Below are positions 52,049 to 60,719 of a stretch of 64,000 nt of DNA, one piece after another. The notes under the pieces were generated by a model. The model worked only from the letters and a program-made list of their open reading frames with translations. It was not told the DNA's origin and made no database searches. The stretch is from IMG/VR virus record IMGVR_UViG_3300031857_000005, positions 1 to 64,000 of that record; one strand, given 5' to 3'. Made by a program: the position numbers and the translations under genes. How positions within the stretch are numbered: position 1 is the stretch's first letter; every line of letters starts with the position of its first letter.

Positions 52049-52780
52049 ATGAATTTACAAGAACAAATATCAAGGATCCAATCAATGATGGGACTGAATG
52101 AAATATCAAACCCATACTCAATTACTTGGTTAGAACCAACAAAAGAATATTTTACTCAAGAGTTAGACGAATTACTTGGAAATGATATGAGGTTCAGCAA
52201 AGATGAGTTCTTCCATCCACAAAATTATGATTTAATGTATTCATTATTTCCACATACATTTAAACTTATTGCGGAACACGCAAAAGGAAGTGAAGTGGAT
52301 GATGAACAAGAAATTAAAGACATTCTATTAGATAAAGAAATATCTGATTTAATGAATGATTGGGACGATTTCAGAAAGGTTCTATTAAATGATAGACAAT
52401 CACAAAGGGAGGGGTTTAATCTGTTTAATAAAGGAAGAATGAAAGAGTGGGATGATAATAAAATCAACAACACATTTTATATGGGAAAGTTCTCAAAAGA
52501 GTTTCCAGGAATGTTTAAAGATACAACATCGTCAGGTTTAATTAAACAAATGAAAAGTGATGATGGTGAAGTTAATCCACACCACAAAGGATATTTTGAT
52601 AATATAGAAAACTTAAGAAACGAAAGACACAGAGAACTTCCATCTCCATTTGTTATGAAATTACCGTCAGGTGGGAGAGAAGGAAATGAATATACATTAA
52701 TTGGTGGACACAAACGCTCAACAATTGCTAATCAACTAAATGTACCAATATCTGTTTGGTTTATAGATTTATCGGAATGA
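52049..52780 (+). CDS. leader-family protein with ParB/Srx-like C-terminus
   Basis: MNLQEQISRIQSMMGLNE; PFVMK...LIGGHKR; TATTTAT at 52038-52044. Confidence 0.65.
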   Translation: MNLQEQISRIQSMMGLNEISNPYSITWLEPTKEYFTQELDELLGNDMRFSKDEFFHPQNYDLMYSLFPHTFKLIAEHAKGSEVDDEQEIKDILLDKEISDLMNDWDDFRKVLLNDRQSQREGFNLFNKGRMKEWDDNKINNTFYMGKFSKEFPGMFKDTTSSGLIKQMKSDDGEVNPHHKGYFDNIENLRNERHRELPSPFVMKLPSGGREGNEYTLIGGHKRSTIANQLNVPISVWFIDLSE

Positions 52781-53511
52781 ATTCACAAGAAAACATATTA
52801 ATATTAAAAAGTATCGCCAAAAAGATATCAGATAAACTTCATTGTGATAGACACGGATCCTGTGTACATTTTGCGGAAATATTTGTTGAGGAAGTTAATG
52901 ATAAACATCCTGAATTATTAAATGATTTTGATGTTATTGAGGGATATGTTAATGTAAAGTTTGGGAATGGAATACCTCAAGAACATACTTGGATTAGATT
53001 AAATAATGGTGAAATTATTGATCCAACATTTTCACAGTTTGACAAATACGATAAAAACGCACAGTACAGTAAAAAAAGAACTAAAGTTTATTCAGGACAA
53101 GAATATTATGATGAGGGTAAAGAAGGATCGTGGTTCTCCGAAAGAAGAAAAAACCTCCCAAGTTCAGTATTCAAGGAAGGAAAAAGAGAGTCTATAAGAA
53201 AGGTATTAAGGGAAGAAACCAAATTACCATTAATCATTAGGAGAAGGATTAACACCTTGGAGGATTTGTTATACAATCATATGGCAACATCATATGCTCC
53301 ACACAAAGTTTGTAGATATAAAAACGAAGATGACTTACTTATGTATGTTATTGCATCGGTAATAGAAGATATGTATTATAGATACTTTGATGAAGAGATT
53401 AGTGATTTATCAAAAGAGTGGGAAGATATGTATAGATTAATGGAAAAATACATTACGGATGAATTTGGGGATAAAATAAAAAATTATTACCACATCCACT
53501 GTGGAGATTAA
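52777..53511 (+). CDS. transglutaminase/papain-like (Cys-His-Asp) domain fused to leader-plus-RRR module
   Basis: GSCVHFA...EHTWI...IIDPT; internal ESIRKVLREE-TKLPLIIRRRI. Confidence 0.6.
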   Translation: MNSQENILILKSIAKKISDKLHCDRHGSCVHFAEIFVEEVNDKHPELLNDFDVIEGYVNVKFGNGIPQEHTWIRLNNGEIIDPTFSQFDKYDKNAQYSKKRTKVYSGQEYYDEGKEGSWFSERRKNLPSSVFKEGKRESIRKVLREETKLPLIIRRRINTLEDLLYNHMATSYAPHKVCRYKNEDDLLMYVIASVIEDMYYRYFDEEISDLSKEWEDMYRLMEKYITDEFGDKIKNYYHIHCGD

Positions 53512-53522
53512 TGAGTAATACT

Positions 53523-54218
53523 ATGAACCTACAAGAACATATAAGAAGAGTATTAAGGGAAGAAAAAAGATTCTCACCATTTATCAGTAGAAGATTACCA
53601 GAGGATGAGATAAATACATACTTCAATGAAGTTAAGAATCGTTTAATGGGAATGATAACAAGTGATAAGTCATCTATGATGGAAAAAGATGAATTTAAAC
53701 AATTTATCATTACATACACAATTAATTTCATAATGGAAAACTATTATGATACATTTCCTGAAATGACGGACTTCTATGAAAAATTATTTGATGATTTATA
53801 TGAATATTATAATAATGAAATGGATGAATCTTATGAGAGTATAAATAATATGAACCTACAAGAGAACATAAGAAAAGTATTGAGGGAAGAAAATAATATA
53901 CCGTCATATATTAGAAGAAGACTCGGTATTTTACAGGAGTATATGGATGATTTGGATCCAAACGATATTTGTAAATACTGGGATTATGATGAGGTTGATG
54001 GATTCACAAATGAGGTATTATCAGAGATAGTTAGAATTATAGTTAATAGTATTCCTGAAATACATTCAGAAGATTGGTTTAATGCTTATGATGAAGTACT
54101 TGGTGTGTTAACCGATTTAAATTACCACTTGGAAATTAACGACTTTTTTATTCACACACTTGATAATTGTGATAATTATGTAAATGAATCAATAGATAGA
54201 AATGAAAGAATTAATTAG
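53523..54218 (+). CDS. fusion of two leader-plus-cargo units
   Basis: MNLQEHIRRVLREE at 53523 and MNLQENIRKVLREE in frame at 53850. Confidence 0.8.
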   Translation: MNLQEHIRRVLREEKRFSPFISRRLPEDEINTYFNEVKNRLMGMITSDKSSMMEKDEFKQFIITYTINFIMENYYDTFPEMTDFYEKLFDDLYEYYNNEMDESYESINNMNLQENIRKVLREENNIPSYIRRRLGILQEYMDDLDPNDICKYWDYDEVDGFTNEVLSEIVRIIVNSIPEIHSEDWFNAYDEVLGVLTDLNYHLEINDFFIHTLDNCDNYVNESIDRNERIN

Positions 54219-54636
54219 ACATATAATAAAAGAAGAAACATCAAGAAAAACTAAACTATTAAAAATGGTTGATAGTATTGGGGTTCTAAACACGGCAGAT
54301 GTTGTTGGTGGGGTGGAAAAATTATTTGATATATTAGGAAACGAGTTCTTCACCGACTCCAATAAGATTGATATTATTAAAGAAATTATAGAATCAAATA
54401 ATGGGGAATATATCTCATTGAGTGAACTAGGTGAAGAACCAATATTGGTAGATGATGACGGTGTAGAGTTTTCACAAATAGAAATATTATATTCAACAGA
54501 TGTAATGTTATATCATTATGAAAAAGAAACAGGAAAAGATCATGGAGAATCATTTATGGATTATGTACAATTACGAAGTTATATAATAGATGATATCTTT
54601 AATATGTTGGTTGACTATTATATAAATAACAATTAA
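54202..54636 (+). CDS. leader-family protein with VGG module
   Basis: MKELIRHIIKEE; TADVVGGVEKLFDILG. Confidence 0.8.
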   Translation: MKELIRHIIKEETSRKTKLLKMVDSIGVLNTADVVGGVEKLFDILGNEFFTDSNKIDIIKEIIESNNGEYISLSELGEEPILVDDDGVEFSQIEILYSTDVMLYHYEKETGKDHGESFMDYVQLRSYIIDDIFNMLVDYYINNN

Positions 54637-54641
54637 GTGGA

Positions 54642-55073
54642 ATGAAAGAATTAATCAGACATATAATAAAAGAAGAAACCAACCGAAAGACAAGGATGGT
54701 AAAAATCATTAATAATATGGGAATTGATAAAACCATAGAGATGATAGGGGGATTTGATAAGTTTGAGAAAATAATGGATATAAATGATCCGATGGATTAC
54801 CTACATCTATTTAACGGAATGGATGAAGTCGAATCAAAACAATACGAAAAATCTTTTATATATCGTTTTAACCCAAAACGCAATATAATGATGGTTAACC
54901 CTAATATAGAAAGAGTATATATCAATCAATATGAAATATGGAATGTTCTAAGGCGTGAATTTGATTTAAATAATAATGAAGCTCTTGATGCCGTAAATGA
55001 ATGGTTAAAAGATGAATATGGTGTAGAAGATTTTATGTTATTAGTTTCAAGCGCTTTAGATACAATTAAATAA
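54642..55073 (+). CDS. leader-family protein with IGG module
   Basis: MKELIRHIIKEE; TIEMIGGFDKF. Confidence 0.8.
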   Translation: MKELIRHIIKEETNRKTRMVKIINNMGIDKTIEMIGGFDKFEKIMDINDPMDYLHLFNGMDEVESKQYEKSFIYRFNPKRNIMMVNPNIERVYINQYEIWNVLRREFDLNNNEALDAVNEWLKDEYGVEDFMLLVSSALDTIK

Positions 55074-55531
55074 TGAAAGAATTAATTAGACATATATTAA
55101 GGGAAGATCAAAACAGAGAAGAAAGACTCAGGTTAAAAATTATCTCCATTATTAGAGATGCAGGACTTTCCCAAGCAATAAGTGTGATAGGAGGGGTTAA
55201 TAATTTGATTAGAATATTGGGGGTAGAAAACTCAATGAAATTTCTCAATTTGTTTAATGATATGGATGAGATAATTTTTGTTGATGAATACAATGATGAC
55301 GATGAGTATACATTATTTAGATTCAGGGAAGGATTAAATTATTTTGTCCTAAGAAATGATACAGGAACATTATTCATCTCCAAAGATATTATGGATGTAT
55401 TAAAGACTATGGAAAATGATGATTATTTCTATATTTATCTATGGATTAAAAGATGGGTTAAAAATCAATACGGAATAGAACCAAGAAATATCTTAACAAC
55501 TGCTGGCGGAGATTTAGAAACGATGGGATAA
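55073..55531 (+). CDS. leader-family protein with IGG module
   Basis: MKELIRHILRED; AISVIGGVNNLIRILG. Confidence 0.8.
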   Translation: MKELIRHILREDQNREERLRLKIISIIRDAGLSQAISVIGGVNNLIRILGVENSMKFLNLFNDMDEIIFVDEYNDDDEYTLFRFREGLNYFVLRNDTGTLFISKDIMDVLKTMENDDYFYIYLWIKRWVKNQYGIEPRNILTTAGGDLETMG

Positions 55532-55532
55532 C

Positions 55533-55880
55533 ATGAAAGAATTAATTAGACATATAATAAAGGAGGAAACAAAGTTACCGGCATTAATCAGAAGAAGGGT
55601 ATCTGAAGATGAGTTAGAACGAGAGTTTAAAGAATCGTTAAAAGATGCATTGGCAATGATTAAGAGAGGAAAAGACGATAGTTTACAATCCTTTACATAC
55701 CAACGAATGTTAGAACATCTAATATGGGTAACAATTAGTATGTTAATTGATTCGATCCATTATGAATTATTCTCAACAATCCCTGAAAATATAAATTGGT
55801 ATGATGAAGTATTCAAAATGTTAGAGAAACATTACAGAAGTAGAATTGTTGATGAATACATGAAACATTTTAGATTATAA
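55533..55880 (+). CDS. leader-family protein with RRR module
   Basis: MKELIRHIIKEE-TKLPALIRRRV. Confidence 0.8.
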   Translation: MKELIRHIIKEETKLPALIRRRVSEDELEREFKESLKDALAMIKRGKDDSLQSFTYQRMLEHLIWVTISMLIDSIHYELFSTIPENINWYDEVFKMLEKHYRSRIVDEYMKHFRL

Positions 55881-55888
55881 TTAAGTAT

Positions 55889-56302
55889 ATGAATATACAA
55901 GAAAACATAAGAAGAATATTAAGGGAAATGAGTGATGACTTATATGTTATACAGGATGAAGATAATCTTTTTTTACAAAGTCTTCCTCGTTCTATTAAAA
56001 GAAGAATAACCCATAAAGATTTAAAATGGTTTGATAATAGAATTGATGATTATATTCGTACAGTAACACACAAAGTCGGTTATAATTTATTTAAATCAAT
56101 GGTTCTTGAGGGTATTATCAATGAATTTGTAACTGTATTTAAACTTAATGAATTTTCAGATGAACAAAATGAATGGGGGTTTTTTGAGTATGAATCAGAA
56201 GAATCAAAAAAGGCATTTGATTTGTTTTCTAAATTAAAACCATTTCTTGATGATAAATATGGAAAAAGAATACGACAAGGATGGGAACAAAAAATGAGAT
56301 AG
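55889..56302 (+). CDS. leader-family protein
   Basis: MNIQENIRRILRE; LPRSIKRRI. Confidence 0.8.
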   Translation: MNIQENIRRILREMSDDLYVIQDEDNLFLQSLPRSIKRRITHKDLKWFDNRIDDYIRTVTHKVGYNLFKSMVLEGIINEFVTVFKLNEFSDEQNEWGFFEYESEESKKAFDLFSKLKPFLDDKYGKRIRQGWEQKMR

Positions 56303-56549
56303 AATTAAAGGATTTATTATAATAAAAGAGTATAGACTCAAATCATTCATTCCATCTTACCGTTCGTAAACTCACTACAGATTCCATTCATAATTTTATC
56401 CTATACTCTTTGTTTACAGTAAACAGGTTAGTGTAAACAACTATAACCAAATAAGGATACAACCTTATAATCCATCATTATAAGTCTCCTACCTTATAAT
56501 GTAAAATACTATTAACATTATGTAGGGTATTTGTAAAAAGTATTTCCCC

Positions 56550-56612
56550 CATTTAAATCACTCCACTTCGTTCCGTTCTCCCTCATTTAAATCACTACAC
56601 TTCGTTCCGTTC
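56550..56612. repeat. 29-bp direct repeat x2 in the long non-coding region
   Basis: CATTTAAATCACT(C/A)CACTTCGTTCCGTTC at 56550-56578 and 56584-56612. Confidence 0.9.
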
Positions 56613-57178
56613 CCCATATATAAAAGACAATAGAGTAACACATATAGAAATCCATTGGTGTTCACTAAAAGAGAATGTTCACGGATCGTGAACAAAGGAA
56701 AATAATGAACAGATGAGGGGATTAGTTTTAGTAAACATAAGTGTCATCATATTAGTAAACGTAGTTTATAATGAAATGATGAGGTGAAATGTTATTTACA
56801 AGTGTTGTAAGTATGTCTAAATTTGGAGGGGATATTACTGAAGGATTCCTTAACGGATTCGTTGAAGAACTATTCTAACGACATAAATGTCTGTCCCCCG
56901 CTAGTGGATAGTAACCTTACATTTTTTGCTGGATTTTGTATATAGTAAAAAAAGTGTTGTTCTTGGTACCGATAGAGGGGAAAAATTGACGCCAGACATA
57001 GTGTCAGGGACATTTTGTCAGGTAAATTTAGTTGATTGTGGGAGAGAGTGGGAACATCAAAACCCTGTGAGGGGATTGTCCCGTGTTTAACTCTCGACTG
57101 ACATTTTGACAAAAACAAGTTTTTTAACATAAAAAGTTATTAACAATTCCCCTCTGACGGGGTTAACAAATGTAAATT

Positions 57179-57490
57179 ATGAAAGAATTATTAGATGAAT
57201 TTATATGTACCGTTACTGAAGAAAACCGTACTATAACCCTGACATACTGTCATCCCACTTATTCCCACTCAGGAACTTGTGTATTTGAGTCACACCAAAT
57301 GAAGGGAACCTCCAAACCAATTGTTCAAAAGTTTTTAATCATGACGGGATGTGACATGGGGGATGTGATAGAATATATCTATCAGACAAGGGGATTATCA
57401 GAAAAAGATTTTGATGAGGTGAATATGATTATCAGGGAACACTCAAGGACTATAGTTGAGAAGGAGGATCCAGATCCTCATCAGTCATAA
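57179..57490 (+). CDS. hypothetical protein lacking alanine
   Basis: 103 aa ORF with no Ala, in the GC-dinucleotide-free zone. Confidence 0.55.
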   Translation: MKELLDEFICTVTEENRTITLTYCHPTYSHSGTCVFESHQMKGTSKPIVQKFLIMTGCDMGDVIEYIYQTRGLSEKDFDEVNMIIREHSRTIVEKEDPDPHQS

Positions 57491-57808
57491 TATGTTTTCT
57501 AATATAATTGGACACACAACCATTGGGGAAATACTTCAACATAAGGGAAGATACCAAGATGACAAGGGGAAAGATAATCCCCAATAGAAATAAAATGTAG
57601 AACATAACTAATCCTTAAATAAATAAATGATAAGTCCTGATATGATGAGGGATATGATACACACAACCAACATCCCCACGGTAACAACAGACTTCAACAA
57701 CATAACATAAAGATACAAAACAATTTGTGTTATTCCAACATCTTTTTATAAAAAGATTAAATGTGTGAAACAATTTAAATTACTCCGATATTTATTGTTA
57801 AAAAGATT

Positions 57809-58630
57809 ATGGGAAATTTATTTCAACAAATAAAAGATTCAGTAAAAGGACAGAAAAGTGATTTCTGTTCAAGATCCACAAGGGTTACACTACTAACTCA
57901 AGGTAGAGTTGAGTCAGATGAAATCACATATACAAACTGTTATGGAGTTTCATCAGGGATTACCTATTCTGACATACAACTAAATAATAACTATATCCCC
58001 GACTGTGTTAGAGGGGGAAGTCCAATTGTTTCTAAATCGGGGTATAAATATTTTGTTCAGTATGGAACAACCAATTGTGAAACTCCACCATCAGGGGAGA
58101 ATAAAATATTATTTCCTTGTGCAGGTTTAGGTGAAGTAGTTGTTGATACAACGGGATATAATCTAACACAAGGTAGTATATATGAAATGACACTTAATCC
58201 ATTAAATCCTGGACCAATACCTAGATTACAATGTTTTACAGTTGGAGAACAAACAAATCAACAAGCTGAGTATAACATTATGGGAATCAAGGGAACTGTT
58301 GAAGACTGTAATGTATGTGGAGGTCCACCAAAACCAACTGTAACATTCCCAACTTCAACACCAACACCAACTCTACCTACATATTTTTCATATATAGTTG
58401 GTGATACATCATATAATAATCAAATAGATGCTTGTACGCCAGGTGGGGGAACAATTACTGTTTATTCAAGTACTAATGATCCAATTGTTAATTCAACATT
58501 CTTATATAGTGATATACTATTAACAATACCATACAATTCAGAAGGTTTTGTTTATTACTCAGGAAAAGGAGACTCTGTAATCAGTACGGGATCTGATGGT
58601 AAACTCACAAGTTTTAGTCTTTGTACTTAA
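57809..58630 (+). CDS. Cys/Thr/Pro-rich protein, possibly virion surface
   Basis: paired Cys modules and PTSTPTPTLPT linker; TATTTAT at 57789-57795. Confidence 0.65.
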   Translation: MGNLFQQIKDSVKGQKSDFCSRSTRVTLLTQGRVESDEITYTNCYGVSSGITYSDIQLNNNYIPDCVRGGSPIVSKSGYKYFVQYGTTNCETPPSGENKILFPCAGLGEVVVDTTGYNLTQGSIYEMTLNPLNPGPIPRLQCFTVGEQTNQQAEYNIMGIKGTVEDCNVCGGPPKPTVTFPTSTPTPTLPTYFSYIVGDTSYNNQIDACTPGGGTITVYSSTNDPIVNSTFLYSDILLTIPYNSEGFVYYSGKGDSVISTGSDGKLTSFSLCT

Positions 58631-58634
58631 ATAC

Positions 58635-58668
58635 AATCCCCCACATTACATGGGGGATTTCTTTTTTT
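58635..58668 (+). terminator. intrinsic terminator of ORF 57809-58630, possibly bidirectional
   Basis: AATCCCCCA...TGGGGGATT followed by a T run. Confidence 0.8.
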
Positions 58669-58742
58669 ATATAAGCAGGTTGGAGTCCACCCTCTTAGAG
58701 AAGAACCTGTTTCCCTGACCCGTCTTCGGACTGAACCACTGA
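58635..58742 (-). ncRNA. putative ~100-nt structured small RNA
   Basis: promoter TTTG-N20-TACCTTTG (58778-58747), predicted +1 near 58742; stems UCCG-AAGA-CGGG and CAGGUU...AACCUG; ends in the AATCCCCCA/TGGGGGATT hairpin. Confidence 0.5.
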
Positions 58743-59084
58743 CAATACAAAGGTACGGATTATAATTGACACCACAAAACATTCCCCCATATATTTTATG
58801 TGAGTTATTAACAATGGGGTTGTTTACATATGTAAACTGATAGGGGGAGGTATTACTTATGAACATATGTTAATAACTTAATATCCCCTCCCTCAGATAG
58901 TGGCATACCCCCTATATTGGGGATTACCCCCTCCCCCCTCCCGTATGCCCCCCATATATGACATTTTGACAGGTAAAAAGGGGGGACAATCCCAAAAACA
59001 AAGTATTCGTAAAAAAAATTTTGGAAAAAATTTTTGGTATTTTTCCATTTCTATATTATAGGAATTTTTTATTATATTTGTATT

Positions 59085-59585
59085 ATGGAAAAAATCTGTA
59101 AAAAGTGTGAAACAGAAAAAGAATTGTCTTACTATAGAAAGGGGAGGACTACTTGTAAATTATGTGAAAATAAAATTAGGTATATACAAAAACAGGAAAG
59201 AAGAAAAGTGGATCCCCAATATGACAAAGAAATTAAGTCATATGATGTAATGAGAAAAAGGAAAAAAGAGAAGGAGAATCAACTAACGGGGTTTATTCAG
59301 AAGATGAGACAATCCATTAGAAAATCATTCAAAAGACAAGGGTATACAAAGAACTCAAGAACATATGATATACTTGGGGAATCTTGGGGGAATGTGAAAT
59401 TATATTTTGAGTCTTTATTCCAAGATGGAATGACATGGGATAATCATGGGGAATGGGAGATTGATCACATTATTCCATTATCAACATCCAATTGTGAAGA
59501 AGATGTTATTCGTCTATGTCATTACTCCAATCTTCAACCCCTATGGAAAAAGGATAATAAATTGAAGGGGTGTAAAATTCTGTAG
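59085..59585 (+). CDS. HNH endonuclease with N-terminal Zn finger
   Basis: CKKC...CKLC; GMTWDNHGEWEIDHIIPLS...HYSNLQPLW..DN..KG; TATATTTG-tatt-ATG. Confidence 0.85.
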   Translation: MEKICKKCETEKELSYYRKGRTTCKLCENKIRYIQKQERRKVDPQYDKEIKSYDVMRKRKKEKENQLTGFIQKMRQSIRKSFKRQGYTKNSRTYDILGESWGNVKLYFESLFQDGMTWDNHGEWEIDHIIPLSTSNCEEDVIRLCHYSNLQPLWKKDNKLKGCKIL

Positions 59586-59978
59586 TGTTGTTTATCCCCC
59601 TATATATGTAAAAAAATTCTGGAAAAATTTTTGATAAAATCGGGTATTATGTATATCATTATGATTATGTCTAAACAAAAAAATAAAAAAAGAAATATTA
59701 GGATAGGGGATAATATAATAAGGGTTCCTTCTAAATCAATTAAATTTACTGACTTATATAATGAGTTTGAATTTGCTACTACCAAAGTGGGGGATAAACA
59801 TTATATATTTGAATCATCTTCAGGATATGTAATTGGTCAAGGGGATAGTTACACAAGAGCAAGAAATAACTCAAAGGAATTTCTTAATAGGACTAATGGT
59901 AGATTTTCAGAATTGATTAATTATTTTTTAACCCCTCCAACTAAGTAGGGTTTTTTATTTCCCGTATATTTATCTTAT

Positions 59979-60275
59979 ATGAAAATTATTATCACCGAGA
60001 ATCAAAACGATTTAATAAGACGATACCAATTATTCAAAGATGAGGTATATAAACAAATGGGAACTTCAAACCCTTGTTATTATAATGATTACTTTGATTT
60101 TGACAGATACAAACGGGATATGATAAATTCCTCAATTAATGAGGTTGTTGGTGATTTGGGTATTGATGAAAGAATATTGACAACATTCAAAGGTGAATTA
60201 TTAAATGAGTTACTTGGTATTATTAGAAGATACTACAATAAATTCCTTAAGGAGAACTGTCGTCCAAGATGGTAA
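59979..60275 (+). CDS. leader-family protein (MKIIITENQ)
   Basis: TATTTAT at 59967-59973; LIRR...PCYY module. Confidence 0.8.
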   Translation: MKIIITENQNDLIRRYQLFKDEVYKQMGTSNPCYYNDYFDFDRYKRDMINSSINEVVGDLGIDERILTTFKGELLNELLGIIRRYYNKFLKENCRPRW

Positions 60276-60293
60276 TGTAATATATTTATCTAT

Positions 60294-60620
60294 ATGAAGA
60301 TTATTATAACGGAAGAACAATATGACAATTTATATTTAAGGAGAAGATTGTCTGATATAATGGATGAAGGATTATTCTTAATTGATAATGCCCATAATCT
60401 TTATAGGGGTACTGACTTTTGTGAACATTACCCCACTCTTAAGATATTCATGGAAGGTTTTATTGAGGACATTATAAATCAATATTATAATATGACTGGT
60501 GATGATATACGGGAATTTATCTATGATTATATTGGGCAAGAAAACTTTATTGATATGTTGCTTGATGTTCATGGTGAGGAGATTGAAACCTTATATAATG
60601 AAATAACAAAAGATTGTTAA
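60294..60620 (+). CDS. leader-family protein (MKIIITEEQ) with RRR module
   Basis: TATTTAT at 60283-60289; LYLRRRL...FCEHY. Confidence 0.8.
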   Translation: MKIIITEEQYDNLYLRRRLSDIMDEGLFLIDNAHNLYRGTDFCEHYPTLKIFMEGFIEDIINQYYNMTGDDIREFIYDYIGQENFIDMLLDVHGEEIETLYNEITKDC

Positions 60621-60719
60621 TATAACATCACCCCCCATCTCTAATTTATCCCCCATATCTCAAAAAAAAATTTCCAGAAAAATTTTCAGAAAATCCGAGT
60701 ATTTATAATAAAAGATACT

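Noticed and set aside
53523-56302. Classical integron with attC sites
   Set aside because: The repeats are coding leaders, not imperfect palindromes with RYYYAAC/GTTRRRY ends, and no integron integrase is present.
56870-57687. Minus-strand ORFs 56870-57130 and 57499-57687
   Set aside because: Atypical composition, no promoter motif, located in repeat-rich non-coding sequence.
58627-58866. 79 aa minus-strand ORF as a protein gene
   Set aside because: It runs through a promoter motif, RNA-like stems and a terminator hairpin, and its codon usage is atypical; a small RNA explains the signals better.
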